The position numbers and the translations under genes were made by a program. A DNA stretch of 64,000 nt, from NCBI RefSeq assembly GCF_009914755.1, contig NC_060933.1; one strand, written 5' to 3'. Positions 11,831 to 29,097 of the stretch are shown here, piece after piece (position 1 is the stretch's first letter; each line of letters opens with the position of its first letter). The notes below the pieces were generated by a model that was not told the DNA's origin, did not search any database, and saw only the letters and a program-made list of their open reading frames with translations. Origin of the DNA: the human T2T-CHM13v2.0 reference genome, Homo sapiens.

Positions 11831-14013
11831 AGCCAAAATCAGAGAAAAGGAACAGGGATTTAATACCTTTTTTATGCTTATTTTTGTCAAACATGTACTC
11901 CTTTCATACGGGTGGCTTTTACAAGGCAACTTCCGTCATTTAATGTTTTCAACTGTAATTGTCTTAATGGAAATGTTAAAATTCATATCTGATTAACATT
12001 TTTAATAACTTAGAGGAGATTTTAACTTTATTTAAAAATAGGTAAAATTATTGTACCTAATTATGTCTAAAGTTTATTCAGGGGTAATTTCCCTGATGTC
12101 TGTATAAAATCAAGATCTTATTTTACTGATGCATAAGTCCTAGTGGGTCAAGACTAGGCATATGCTTTCAGATAAATAAGGAATTACTCCAATCAGTTTT
12201 CCCCAATCAAAGAAGCCATGTCATTTTACTTTTAGAAACATACAATTGGGCCCAATATGGGAATTTTCATAATAGTTCATACATTTGTCAGCCAACATTA
12301 AAAGGTAACCAACTCCTCAGGTATTTGTAGTTTACCCTAACGCTTCTTTAAAAGAAAGTAGGTAAAAAAAGAAAAGGGTAGATAATCTTTCGTATGCAAA
12401 CTTTTCCCTTATATTTTGTCTTTCTTTCCTTTTTGACTTTAGTAGCATCCTCCACACATTTGTGTGCCTGATTTGAAAGGAAGCTGGGGCACCCAGCGAG
12501 TTTAGCCTTTAAGTTTCTGTGTATTGATTTGCAGATTAAGTAATGCTGAGAGGAATAAAGAAGGGACAGAAACATGGAACATAAAGCATTGAAAATTCCG
12601 GTGCTTGGGCTTCGGCTTCAGAGTAACGTCAGTGGCTTAGGGTTAAACGGCCATTTTATTCAAATGCTTGCTATACAATCTGAAAACACACTGGCAGGTG
12701 CTCCTCTCCTTGGCAATTCATTGAGTATCCAGAGTTCTACGATGTTTAACTGAAGAATTGGCTAATGTTTTGATCCTCCAGTGTGACTGTTGTTTTTGTT
12801 TGGGGGTGGGTTTGGGGTTTTTTGCTTTTTTATTCCTGAAGCTTACCAGATATGAATGGCTAATACTCCATTGTTCTGCTTGTTGTAATGGTGAATGCTT
12901 TAAGAAAAAAAAGTGTAATTTGCTAAGAATAATTCATGATCTGTTTATGCGATAACTCCTTTTTGTTACAATTTTTTTAAAAAAAGCTATTTTTGTTAAT
13001 GTAAAGTAAATATTTCAGAGCAAATTTTTTAAACTTATTGCACTAAATACAGGCTCTGTACAAAAAAAAAAAAAAAAAAAAAAGCCTCAGCATTTTATCA
13101 TTCCATGGAAGGAGAATCTTTTGAAAGAAAGCATTGCCTCCTACCAGAACTAGACAGTGAATTAGATCGGTATTATGGAAATGCATACAAGTAATGTCAC
13201 TAGGGCTTAATAAGCAGCCGTTTGCTAATGTGCTTCCTTTCAAAGGGTTGGACCTTTAAATTGCTGCAAAAGGTAAATTGTATTTTTTTTTAAGTATTGG
13301 TGTTCTTTACTCTAGCTAGGCTAAAATTTGCTAAATGCCTTGGTTTCTTTTAAAAGTTCATGTAATATTTCTGATTTTTCAGAATATTTGCAATAAGAGT
13401 CTGGATTTTAAAAAACACATGCATACACACAATTAAGAGCTCATGTCTTAGCAAGATCTGGGAAACCAACATTGCGAGAGTAGCTATTTTGAAAGAATAA
13501 TTCTCCAGAAGTTAACATCTAATATCTAGTATCACCAAACAGTATCGCTGTTCTCTTTTATTCATTTGAAATGAATATAATTATATAACTAACAATTGTC
13601 CAAATAGATGAGAGAGCAAATCATGTGAGAAAATTCAGAATACCATCTGTTTCATAGCCGCACAGATTTTGGACTTTCACAAACATTGGGAACTAAATTT
13701 AGAATTGGCAAAAGTCTAGAAGATGGGTATCAAAACAGAAGACATTCCAGGAGCTAGCAATTTTAAGAGGTGTCCCTCCAAAGTGACCTGATGGAAGTCC
13801 TGAACTTGGAAATTAGGTTCTACTCACTTGGACATCCCTGCATCATGGACTGTTGCTGCTCCCTGTTCCATATGCTCGCAATCTCAGCTATTTGGAAGCT
13901 ACCAGGAATGCTTTCTAATTATCATTTGCAACTAGAACTGTAATCAGAAAGAAATTTTGTATTTTTGTATAACTTGATTGTGTGCCATTTTATATAACAG
14001 GTCCTGTTTTACA

Positions 14014-14019
14014 AATAAA
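14014..14019 (+). terminator. Candidate proximal polyadenylation signal AATAAA
   Basis: AATAAA with upstream TGTA elements and a downstream GT/T-rich tract (ttgtgttt, ~14036). Confidence 0.6.
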
Positions 14020-17000
14020 TTTTGTTTTACTAACATTGTGTTTAGAAATTATAATCTATGTGTAACCATGTCATTTGAGTTGCAAATTAATTGCCAGGCT
14101 GTTTTCCTTAAGTAAATTCATGTGCCGTGTAGAAATATGCAGATATGCATTACACAGGCACACACAGAGAGATATTTAATATGTGGAATATCACTCTTTC
14201 ATGAGCTTTATTCCTTGATTAATTTGATAAAGCCTCACAGAGGATTTTAAGCAATATTTAAATGTGTTGAGGTTATGTTTGGATATTCCTGCTGCCTCTT
14301 TTCATTCATTTCAAGTCATTCTTCAGCTAGCTATGGGCTGCCTTATTGCTATTCGCTCACTGCTTCCATCTTCTGCCCAAGTGAGAAGAATAGATGAAGA
14401 ACAGAAATTTCTCTGTGAAATGTGGATACCCGAATAATTTCATAAATCATTGATTCTATGTGGTGGTTTTTGTCTTCTTCTGTGGTGAATCTTCAAAACT
14501 GTATTCAGGACTCATATTTCTAGAGTTTTAATTGGGGTCCTCTATTGTCAATTGTAGTAGTGACCAGAGTATCGTGGTTTTTGCCATCAGATAATTAAGG
14601 CTCTGGTGCATAATTTAGACTTTCTAAGCTCCTGCCTGAAGAATAAGGTCTTCCATAATATGGAAGAGAAAAGTTATATTTCAGTGTAAATCCAAGAGAC
14701 CCATCTTCTATGAGAGGCTTACCAGTGCATTAGTAATAAAACATTAGCAATTTAGCTAGAGCACTGAGATTGTATAATCCTTGCATGGATGAGCAGAGCT
14801 CAAAGCCAGTTGTTCCTTTAAAGCATTTAATGCAATGGCTAATGTTTAGGATTAAAGTTTTTATTTTATCCTATAAGATAATTAAGTCCTAAGTCACTAC
14901 AACTTAAGTAGCTTAACTGTATGTTGGTACCCAAACTTTTTCTATAATGGTTAAGGAGGAGGCACTTACTGAGTTTATTTTAAAGTTATGCTAGAAATGT
15001 TTTTCTTTTGTAGAGATGCTCTCTCTCTCTCTTTTTTTTTTTTTTTTTTTTTTCCGTGAGGGCATTAGGCTGCTGATTGTAAGTTATTTCCAATACCACT
15101 GATCTTGGTATCTGCCAAGGGCTTCCTTGCCTTCCCTGGGCAGTTTTAGGATTTCACCCTAGTAGGGGGTATGAGGCACTGACCCCTTTATTCTGGACCC
15201 AAACTGCTTTAGAGCAGAGTTAATACCTCTCCCTCCCTCTTCAAAACAGCTACAGGAACTGCAGGCACCACATATGTGTGAGGCCACATCACTGCCCCTG
15301 AGGCTTCAACTATTTCCACCATGCACTATTACTAGCTACTAACAGCCATTTTAAGAGATCTCCTAGCCTGCAAGGTAGAATTCTGGGATCAGTTCCAAAA
15401 CCAGAACTGCCAGTAATGGTGACTTGAATATTTTATTTGATTTTTGGTCAGTAACCTTGTCATTTAAATTGGACTTTCCAATAGCCTTAACATGGCCTCT
15501 GAGAAGTTTCCTCCAGAAAGGTCTTTAAGCTTTCGCTTTTCAATAAGTAAGTTCTTTACTGCTTTTCTACTGCTACTTTAAAAAAAAAACAACAACAACA
15601 AATAAAACTCTCAGAGTCTGGAGGCTTATCAGTGCACCTGCCACAGTTAATTTCTGTATTCTTTTCATACATTCCATCTGACACATAAGAGTGCACTATA
15701 ATGGCTTGCCTAGAACTGGTAAGAAGTGGTCTGTGAATGTATATTGAAAAAATGTGGGTTCATAAGTAAAAGCGTAACGCAGATATTTGTGTATTCTGTA
15801 TTCACAGCGTAGGCTGCCTTTTGCTTTAAATGCATATTCATGTATCTTTGTGTGCTAAGAATGCATGTTAGCCCTTTTGAAAAGTAGGCACTATTCATAC
15901 ACAGTAGCTTCTTGGAATTAACTCATCTTTGTTAACTTAGTGGCACATAGTCCAAATTTTTAAAAAGCAAGACCCTTGAATATGCCAAGAGAAAATCTAA
16001 AGCTAGCAAACTTAAAAAACAAAACAAAAATTACACGTCGTGTACAGTTATGAATTTAGAATAGCACACTTTTTCCATTCAGATTTCATACATTTGAGCC
16101 AAATTCTTATACTCCATGTTTTAATTTTAAAAGGATAATTTTAATCCAAGATTTAAATCTTTGAAAATATCTTTCTTATAGAAAACTTTAATGCAGTTTT
16201 TAAACTTACTGATTTCTGTGGAAAACCTTTCTTTTCTATAGAAATACTGTAGTGCCCTTTCTTCCCATCTTGATTTTGTACATGTAAAGACAAATGATGA
16301 TTCAGTTTCAATATTGCATGAACAATTGCCACTTTGTAAATTATATGGACAGAATGTGTTCTAAGGAAATTCGTTAGTAAATTTGTGAAAAACATGTGAG
16401 ATTGTTCGAGACCTATTAGGCTATTCTTCAGTTTTGATGCTCAGTTTTACAACTTAAATGATTTTCTCCAGGACACGGAGCTCAGAATAATAAAGCTTTT
16501 ATTAATGGTCTAGTGAAGATCTAGTTGAACATGGAAACATTGTAATTTACAAATGTCTCAGAAATTTCTCACTTTTATTTGCTAAGACCTGAATTTAATA
16601 TTTGATATTCAAAAACAAGTTATTTTGAAGAGACAATGGGTCTCTTTGAGCTTAAGAAAGCTATGGACTATCTTTCCTTCAAATGCACATCACATGTCTG
16701 TGAACACTCAAAATGCTCATAGAATTTCAGGGCCCTCAGACGGCCAGCTTCCACCCCTGTACCCCCTCAGGGGCTAATGAACCCAAGTCAAAAGGCTGCT
16801 CTAAAGTTGTTCTGATAATGTGTTTTGAAATGAGGAAGTGATTAGGCCTCCACTAGAGATACTTTTGAGATGATGCTTACCACCTTCTGACCTGGAATCA
16901 TTTTTATAACTTAAAGACTTTATGTAATTTAGTAGCAGGTTAGGGAATAGAAACCACACTAATCTGAAGGAATAACAAGATGATCAACACTGAATCTTCA

Positions 17001-17032
17001 TGACAGTAAGATTTTCTTTCCTTGGAGGTATG

Positions 17033-17035
<3 letters not shown>

Positions 17036-17089
<54 letters not shown>

Positions 17090-17091
17090 GT
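17036..17091 (+). repeat. (TG)n microsatellite in the 3'UTR
   Basis: About 27 units with one interruption. Confidence 0.95.
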
Positions 17092-17822
17092 CCTGGCGGT
17101 TATTTGGGGGCAAGGTACCAGATTATTTGCAGTGAGCCAAAAAAAAAAATATCCAAGAAGAAATAAATAGGGAATCCTTGTAATTAATCCATCTACCAAA
17201 ACACTTGATTCTTTTTATTGTAGCTCAGCTATGACATTATGACATTATGTGGCTTAGTGTTATCAGTATACTACTGTCTTAAAATATATTTGTCAACATG
17301 TCCAGTTCCAACAACAGTTGAAGATGATGATAAATTAGCAAACTCAAGGGTAGTCCATAGTTGGCAAAAAATAAATTTGGTAGAAAGTTGGAGGAGCAGA
17401 TGCTGAAGGTAGAAATGCAAAAGATGTTTTTTCTTCCTGCATAAATCACGGAGGTGTGTTCTGTTTTAGTGTTTTCCAGTCACCCACTAGAGCAGCTTCA
17501 GATTCCTCTGCCAATAGAACTCCACCCCCAGTCCCTTACCTACTCTATCTTCTTTAGGGAAGCATGTGGATTTCTTCACATCTGCACCTTACTATTAGGT
17601 AAGGGTGCTGCATCTACATGGAAGGCTCCCTGGGCCCTTGAAAAAGCAGGCAGAAACTCATCAAGGGGTTTGAAGTTCTTGTGAAATTTGATCCCAGTGG
17701 CTCATGACTTATAGTCAGGCATCAAACCATTTCCTACTTTTTCAGGCTGAAGAAAGTGGAAATATAACTGGCTGGTGAAGAAAGGAGAAAAGTCAGCCCC
17801 CTACCCCGCCCCACACTCCTAG

Positions 17823-18173
<351 letters not shown>

Positions 18174-19947
18174 TAGTAAATGCAGAGACCACTGGTGGAA
18201 ATTCCCATGTTGGATAGAAAAGGGCGTAAGTCCAGTCTAAGTATCTAAATGTGATATGCCCTTTTGTCACAGAAGTGTAAGACTTAAAGGGAATATTCTG
18301 ACCTTCGTGTATGAATCTGATCCACCCATCCTGTCAGCTAGGATTATAATTTGAACTGTCGTTTCAGGAGCATGTGTTAAATCATATGAGTAAAAAAAAA
18401 GTAGACATTGAAAAGAAGACTTGGGAATAATTGGGCAGATAGAATGGGTTCCATGGATCATTCTAGTTGCCACTAGAAAATGTGAGCTCCTTCTTCATTT
18501 ACCATGTTGATAATCCGGTGGTGACTTTTTTTTTTTTTTTGTAAATTGTATTAGATACCCCACAGGAATGTGACAATAATAGGATAGCTTTGGGGGCTGG
18601 TGATTTGAAACAGGGACTATTAAGTAGATTTTCCCCCATCCTCTAGGTTCCTGTAGTCTGTGCTCAGAACTTGGTTTTTGGCCCCTATTGTTTTTGCCTA
18701 TTTTGATTTTCAGAGATGATCACATGGGGACAGTTAACTTTTCTTCTGCTGTGTTGCCTTAATGCTACTAGATTGTGTTGTGTTGTTGGAGTTTTCTGAC
18801 TTCTTCCCTATAAAAAGATACTGAGAGCTCCATAATGAAAGAAGTTGTTATACTTTCTCAGAATATTCTGGACCACTGAATGCACTTCTAATAGAGCTTT
18901 AATCTAAAGAAGTTAGTTCAGTGGTTATTAACTGATTTTATTACAGGAGAAAAAAACTTTAACAAAAAGGCAGGGAGAAAAGTGTGAAGGGCATCAAGCA
19001 AAATGACAGGGGCTTCAAAAAACAACCAAAGACAAAACCCTATCTTCTGAAGACCAAAGGTCCAACTTTACTTACTGGCTGGCACAGCCTTTCTGAACTC
19101 CTTGAGTTTAGAATAGAGCTCCTAGAATAATAAGGCGGCCAAATTTAAAGATCAGTCAATACAGTAGGGACCTGCTATTGATCTCTCAGGCACTGAGTCT
19201 TCACATCCAGTGTCAAGCCCAGCCCAGCATATGGGGTGATATGAGCAGAAAACACACATCGGTGTGTCTTGATTTCTCGCAGCTGTGTAATGTGGCATGA
19301 GAAGTATGTTTTGGTGCCACATATTTCTCAATCTGATGCCTTTTTGTCTTTTTTTTTTTTTGCCATTTGCATCCTATTTCATAGTGCCAAAATGAATTTT
19401 TGTATCTTGTCTTGTCTTTGTCCATTATAAACTGGAGGATCACAGTTAAGCCTTCCATGAATTCATAGTTTGGAATCATTTACCTTACCATTATTTTGGA
19501 TTTTTTTCTTATTACAGTGTCACTACACTGTATTCATGTGGGGGAACAAACATGTAGGTGCTTGAACATGCCCCACAGACACAGTTGTAGCCCTAGTATT
19601 TGTGACGGTCATTATTGACACAGTGCAGACTTTACAGATGGAGCATTATGCTCTCAGAGGACTTTAAAAATATGTATATTAAGCAATTAACTTTCTGGAG
19701 TTGGAGTTATCAAATCTTGCTGGGAAATTAACTTCCAAGAGCTCTGAATTGGATGGAATTCCATCTGGCTTCAGAGAACAATCAGCCTATATGAAACGGA
19801 GCTTTGAAATGTTTTTCTTGTGCAGAAATACGAACTAGAAAGAAAAGTGCTGATCTAATGCTAAGTTTTCTCTGTGTACTGACTCAGTTGCCAGAATTAT
19901 AATGAAAACTGTATTTTAGTCTAACAAATGTATAGAATTTTTTATGT

Positions 19948-19957
19948 AATAAATAAA
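19948..19957 (+). terminator. Distal polyadenylation signal of the CTL1a 3'UTR (overlapping AATAAATAAA)
   Basis: Two overlapping AATAAA, several upstream TGTA, downstream tgtctactgtgttgt. The repeat-poor zone ends just after it. Confidence 0.7.
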
Positions 19958-20234
19958 ATTTTATAGGAAAGAATGTTATTGTCTACTGTGTTGTAACACT
20001 TCCCCATGCCCAGGGTGGTGACTGATAAAATCATGGGCAACATCTTCGTTTCAAATTAGGTCAGTATGCTGCAAGGGTGCCCCAGAATTTCCCAGCTGTT
20101 CCTTTCTGTCTCTCGCAGCATGTTCTGGGGGCTTCGGAATAGCAACTATAAATGTACCTAAACCAATTTCTGAAGTACAAAGTTCATCCACTGCCAGGCC
20201 AGGCTTCATAGCTGGAGTCTGAGTTGCCGCGTGA

Positions 20235-20642
<408 letters not shown>

Positions 20643-21458
20643 TCATTGTGCCTGGTTCAGTGCCCTGCACGTGAATTGGAGCCTGGATCTGTAATGAGTT
20701 TAGTGCGTTTGTGAAACTGTGTGGTGTGCCATCATTTAGGCAGTAGCTGTGCCCCATTTAAAGTTTAGAAAAATCAAGCTTTTTAAAAACCAATAATTTT
20801 AGGTAATGTTAGGGACGAAGGAAGGGATGTTCTTCTTAAGTGGAAGACCTTTTGGAATACCGTAAACCTCTCCTAATTTGTTTTGTTATTTTGGATTTTT
20901 CTTGAGAGGCTGCACTGTAAACTGCCTTTTATTAGCAAATGTGAGCTGATGATAGTCCTGGTTGTTTACACCATCCTGCCAAAAAGAGTTGTTACAGAAT
21001 AATCGTGAGGAGTCTTAAACACTGGAGGAATTTGAGATTCTGTAGAATATTAACCGATCTGGACTGTTCTTTCTTTTTTTGAGTGGTTCTGATGCAGATT
21101 TACGTAATTTCTATTATATAGACCACCTAATGATTAAAGAGCCTGTGAAAAGCCTCACATCTGAAAGGTACCTGAAAGTCTTTTCTTTCTGTTTGACTAT
21201 GGAAAGCGTACTCTGTATTTAACCTCAAATTGAAGGAAATAAAAATCTAGAGGATTCTTTCAGGAGGCACAAAACTTACACACCCTATCTTAATATGTAA
21301 GTAGTGATTAAAATTTTAGCTGCTTTAAATAGCTGTACAGCTCAAAACTCTTACACATGTTGAAGGGTTCAGAAAGAAGCCAGTACCTCGAGAGGCTCTT
21401 TGGCCTCATATCTTTGATCAGATGCTGTGGAACTAACCCAGTGAGTTTCTGCCTCTAC

Positions 21459-21681
21459 CAGGGGTGTCCAATCTTTTGGCTTTCCTGGGCCACACTGGAA
21501 GAGGAAGAATTGTCTTGGGCCGCACATAAAATACGCTAACACTAACCATAGCTGATAAGCTAAGAAAAAAAAATCGCACACACAAAAAATCTTTTTAAAA
21601 AGTTTACGAATTTGTGTCAGGCTGCATTCAAAGCTGTCCTGGGCTGCATGCGTCTCGCGGGCCGTGGGTTGGACAAGCTTG
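21459..21681 (+). mobile_element. MER30 (hAT-Charlie MITE)
   Basis: Termini caggggtgtccaatcttttggc...ggttggacaagcttg, flanked by ctctac on both sides. Confidence 0.88.
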
Positions 21682-22514
21682 CTCTACACATTGTTTTTTC
21701 ACTTGTGGCAAGTAGTAGTGAAAATAAGAAATGCTTTATGCTTTTAATTTGATGTGCCTCATTTACTGTCCCAATTCCAAGAAAAATAATTTTAGCAGAT
21801 TCACCTAGGTTAAATTTAGGATTCCAGAAAAAGTAAAGCTAAGCTATTAGACCATTTCATGGGCTTATCAGCAATTTCAATAGAAAACTTAAAGCACTCT
21901 AGGTACTTACAAGCTCCCTGGCCAGGACTGTCAGACTAGAGAGGCAACAGTAAGGAACTGCCTTCGAGGCAAAACAAAGCGGCTTTCAGTCAATCTCAGG
22001 TTGCATCCTGTAACCTCACATTGGGAGACAGGCTATTAGGTATTTAAGGTTGGTCAACTCACTCCATCTTCCAGAAAGGATTCTTACAGCTTACAACAAA
22101 ATAAAACAATTTTAACACACACACACACAAGTTGTGTAATAAGCAAATTGAAAAAAATTGAGAAAAGGAGATTAGCTATGTAAGAATCCCAGGCTAGGCA
22201 TATGACTAAATTCCAAGCTTCCTGTTAGTCCTGTCAAAGAGGAAATCAAGAAAGGTACATATTTAATGTTAAATTTTAAAAAGCATAAATAAAAGTTCAA
22301 TAGGAAGGACTGGGCAGGCATTCACAATAATGTAAATAATATTTAATACATTGGATTAATGTTTATAATATAGTTAGTGAAGAAAGCAGGGGCTCAAGCA
22401 ATGCATGATCTCATTTATATGAAATAAATTTTCTTAGACATCTTAAAATATAGTAGGTGCTCTCTCAGTCCTGTAGGCACTGGTAGTTAACTGGTTAATT
22501 GAAAAACTGGGTTA

Positions 22515-23158
<644 letters not shown>

Positions 23159-24399
23159 CTACAAGATGTCAATGTTTATTGGCCAATTGTTGACATAGGT
23201 ATATTCTTCTTTCTGACTCCTGACTCTTCTGAAGTTGTCTACTGTCTTTGACATTAAAGACACCAATAATGTAACCTCCCAAAAGTGCAATAATATGAAA
23301 TATTGATTTATTAAAATGGATTAAAAAATTTAGAAATGCTTACAAAGCCCACTGAATATAGGTTCCCAGGTTTTTTATAGTTTTTATAATTTCTTTGCAA
23401 TGTTTGTATTTCTCACCTACACATAACTTGAGAGTAGTAGTTTTAGCACTTACCTTTATTGAACCTTTGCAAGGTATTCAACTTTTCAAAGGGTTAATTT
23501 TTATAGAAACTACTCTTTTCATATTCATTGTTTTTATCAATATACGTAATATTTAAATAATCCTGGCAGTAGTGTAACCACTACACCTGGCATAACATGT
23601 TGAAATATACACACCTGACCCTTGTTAGCACAACCTCCTGATGCTGAGAATGAGAACACAGAACACAGGCCTCTGAGTGGAAGCCCCTCTCCAGGAGCAT
23701 TCAGCATACGACAGTCATCAGCCAGTACATTCTACAGAAGCTTGGAAAAGATCGGTTTATTTGGCAAAATGGTTAAGTGAAAGCCAGCTGTGAAAGCCAT
23801 CTATTTACATAAAAATGATGATTATGGTTATCTCTGTTTTGTGGGACTATGAGTAATTTTAGCTTTTCCTTTGCTTATTTGTATATTTAAAATATTCCTC
23901 TATAGTTTTTAACAGGAAAAAATTATATTAAACACAAATAGCTGGGTAAGATAATAAAATGATAGTAACTAAACCAGTGTGATAATAGGCCAGTGGAATA
24001 GAAGAGAAAGTTTCCAAAACAAATCGTATTATTTATAAGGGATTATACTTAAAATAGAATATACCTAAAATGAATAAGGAAGGAAAGAGTCCATTTAATA
24101 AATTGTAATTTAGGACAATGGGCTTTCAATTTGAAAACAAATCTAAGTCAAATCTAAATGGATTTAGGATTTTTTTATTATTATTAGACCAGGGAAAGGT
24201 CAGGAGGAGGAGTGGAGAGGATCTGATAAAATTAGAAAGATTAGAAGAAATAATAGAAATGATAGACTTGAAATAATAGGATGATGGAAATGATAGGTGG
24301 GGATTAGGGAGATGCACGTCTCACATTTCCTGGAAATTGTGATGTGTGAGGCCCATTTCAGATGCATTTCCTAAGCATGCTCACAGCAGCGTGCTAAAT

Positions 24400-25030
24400 G
24401 TATCCACTTTCATTCAACAAGCATTTCCTGAGACCTCTTCTGGTCAGCCAGAGTTATATTCTGGGAGCTCAGTTCTAAATACTCCCTGATCTTAAGTAGC
24501 TCACAGCCTAATGAGGGACGCAGAGAGCAGTGATAGTAGAGAGTGCTTTGGAGCACACAGGAAGGTGTTGAGGTCATTAGGAGAAACTGTCTCAGCTGAG
24601 TCTTGAAGGATAAGCAGGGATTAGCCAGATGATGAAGGGGTGGGAGGGTGATTCTACCCAGAATAGAAGCACTTTGGCACTCATATAGCAACATGAGGAA
24701 CAGAAGTCATTCAGGATGTCCAGAGCAAAGAAGATGTGCGTTTGCACCAAGAGGTGACCCTGGAGAGGATACAGGACTCTTACATGTGTGTTCAGACCTA
24801 AAGTGTGTGTTGTGGGGAGCCTGTGACAGGTTGTAAGCAGAGGAGCAATCTAGCCATATGGAGACTGCGTTGAGAGTGGAAATCTAGAAGAGAAAGACTT
24901 GGGAGGAAGGAAGCCTGAGCCGGGGCCTAAGAGGAGGACTGGAAAAGAGCAGGATTCCAGCGAGAAATCCAACAGGCTTGGTGACTAATGAAATTGGAGG
25001 GAAAGGGAAAATAAATCATGAAGGCCTATA
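24400..25030 (-). mobile_element. L2 fragment
   Basis: ttcattcaacaagcatt L2 3' end followed by typical purine-rich L2 antisense sequence. Confidence 0.65.
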
Positions 25031-25480
25031 CTCAGGATGACGTGTGCCATCTCTTCATTTAGAGATGGGGGCTTTTGCCAGATGGTCAAATTCATCTAAG
25101 CTCTGATTCTCTACTTCATTGAATATTGGAAATATTTACCTTTTCTGTTCCATGCTAACTGTTGTAAAATCTCTGTAGTGATAGGAAGGAGTCCATTAGA
25201 GTTAGAGGTCCTGAAAATATTTATCTGTGCCAGCAAAAAATGTTTTCCACTCCCTGATAATGATTTCTGGTTTTCAGCTCCCCACATAACAAAGGCGTGT
25301 GTCGCTTAGGTAGTTGTAGACAAACCTTCTCTCAATGACTCCAACTCTACTCTTCTACATTGTCATGCTAACCATTGGTGTGCTTCTATGCTAACAAGAA
25401 ATAACATGCAATATGTTTTTAGTGTCTGTTTATATATTTATGCTGCTTTTGTTTTCCAAGAAGGCATATATACAAAAAGA

Positions 25481-25759
25481 TTTTTTTTAACCCCAGGCTG
25501 GAGTGCAGTGATCCCATCATAGCTCACTGCAGCCTCAAACTCCATAGCTCAAGCGATCCTCCCACCTCAGCCTCTAGAATAGCTGAGACTACAGGCATGC
25601 ACCTTCACACCCAGCTTTTTTTTTTTTTTTTTTTTTTTTTGGAAAGGCAGGGTCTCGCTTTGTTGCCCAGGCTGGTCTCCAACTCCTGGATTCAAGCAAT
25701 CTTCCCAACTCAGACTCCCAAAGTGCTGAGATTACAGGTGTGAGCCACCATGCCCAGCC
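25481..25759 (-). mobile_element. Alu (J family)
   Basis: Reverse, diverged dimer. Confidence 0.9.
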
Positions 25760-26149
25760 CGAAAAGATTATTAAACTAAAAATATAAAAGCAAAGACATA
25801 AACAGGAAGAAACAAATATGCTGGACTCTGGGACTAATATGGTCACAGTGCATTGAAGCCTTAAATTCTTTCAGCTTTCTTAGCAACCTGATAGGAAAGG
25901 AAAACACAAAGATCGATAGAATTTTATTCTCTGGTAGAAGAAGGTTTATGCATTCTTCAGTTTACTGTGGAAGCAAAAATAACCCACATATGGCTCTTAA
26001 ATTGGGATTCGGGGATGCTAAGCTGGGGAAGTCCCAGCATGTAATTTCCTGATGCTTTCACTGAAGTTGTTACCTCATACCTTATTTAGATCTGTTTCTA
26101 CTATGAGTTACACGACATGGTTCTTGGGTGTAAATAAAACAGACAGATA

Positions 26150-27050
<901 letters not shown>

Positions 27051-27676
27051 TTTACTTTTCACCTGGAAAGAACCACTTTAAGATGAAGCCGTATTTACTT
27101 TCATAAAGAGACAAGATAAAATAACAGAAAAAGCACTGATGTAGGATTTGGAGTATTTGAATTTATTGCCAGTGCCTCCAGTCCAGTCATGGGTTGTTTG
27201 TCCTCTCTGCCTATTTTCTTGACTATAAAATGTTATATGCTCAGCCTGTGCTGTAGGACTACGATGATAAATAAATGAACTTAGGGGATAGGAATATGCT
27301 TCGAAAGCAGTTAAATACAACAGAGTTGTTATCTCCTTATTTTCTGATGCCTAAAGGAGACAGCATCGTATAAGGAAGAGAACAAAGGTTTGGCACTATG
27401 GATATAGATTTGAATCTGTCTCTGCCTCTTGCTGTAGAAGCTGGGTAACCTGCGAAAGCCACAAAACCTTTTTGAGGCTCAGGATCTTCCTTTGTAAAAT
27501 GGGAATAGTCATGTTTTATAGGGATTGTGTAAGACAATGATAATTTTTTCATTTCACTCATTCATTAGCTAACAGATATTTAATGAGTACCTACTACGTG
27601 TTAGAAGCCAAGAATATAAAAGTGAACAGAACAAGCTAGAGTCTCCACGCTAGTTTTATGTATAAAAGCTAATGGT

Positions 27677-28048
<372 letters not shown>

Positions 28049-29097
28049 TCAAATTGACAAAAACTGTCCAATCAATTTTTACCAAATTCTAGAATCTAAT
28101 AAAGAACTTACACACCTAGGCAAATGCTAAATAAAGACATTTCAGTAAGAGCATTGAGGCATGTTAACTTATCTGCATACCATCTCCACTCACCAGCTTA
28201 GCAGCATCTGTGAAAGTGGTGGCTCATGTTTCTGATGTGGCTTGCCAATGCCCAAGTAAGCAATGTGTGGTTAGACCTTGTTCTCAAAAAAAAAATTGTG
28301 GTTGTGTGTTTTGAATTGTCTGGTGGCTCCCTGAATGATCAACTCAGGGGTTTATCTTTGTGTCACATGCCTCAGAAGCTTCTTAGGGTTGAAGTGATCT
28401 CCCAAGTGACATTTGTCAATGGCACTTAAAGGCTTATATACTAGCTGCAGCAACCTGTGGTGAAGAATAACAGATGCGGCAAACGGCAGACAGATGGAAG
28501 CCTGGGAAAGAAGAGGCTAGAAAAGGACATACACGGAGGAATAACAGCTTTCAAAAGCTCCTGCATATACTAGGAAATGTCCAAGGCCACACACATGCCC
28601 AGGGCTTGACACAGGAAGGACCTGAGAAGACCACAAACGTTCGCTTCTGGCTAACCTTTCGATGCAAGCAGGAAGTAAAGGCTAGAGCAGAGTTGTAAAC
28701 AGTCTTGCTAAGGGTTAAGCAGTGCCCCCATAAAGAATGAATGTGCAAAGACTGGAAGGTGATCTCTTTTTTTTTGTGGCTCCAGGTATTTAAGGAAAAC
28801 TCTGTCAAATCACTAGCTGACCATAAACTAACAAAACAGAGACTTCAGTGGCCACACACACACACACCAAAGAATACAGTCTCTACAATACATAGTTCAG
28901 AAAAGTCATTAAACAAATAAACAACGATAACCCACAATAAGCCAGCAACTACAAACCCTAGGGAGGAGGAAGAATCTGATTTCCAGAGTTGCCACATTAT
29001 AATATGCAAAATGTCCAGTTTTCAACAACAAGAAATTACAAGGTACACAAAGAAATAAGAAAGTACAGCCTATTAACAGTAGAAATTAACAGAAACT

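Noticed and set aside
13588-16963. ACTAAY (QKI-type) motifs in the 3'UTR at 13588, 14029, 15338 and 16958
   Set aside because: About what chance gives in 8 kb of AT-rich sequence, so enrichment cannot be claimed without CLIP or conservation.
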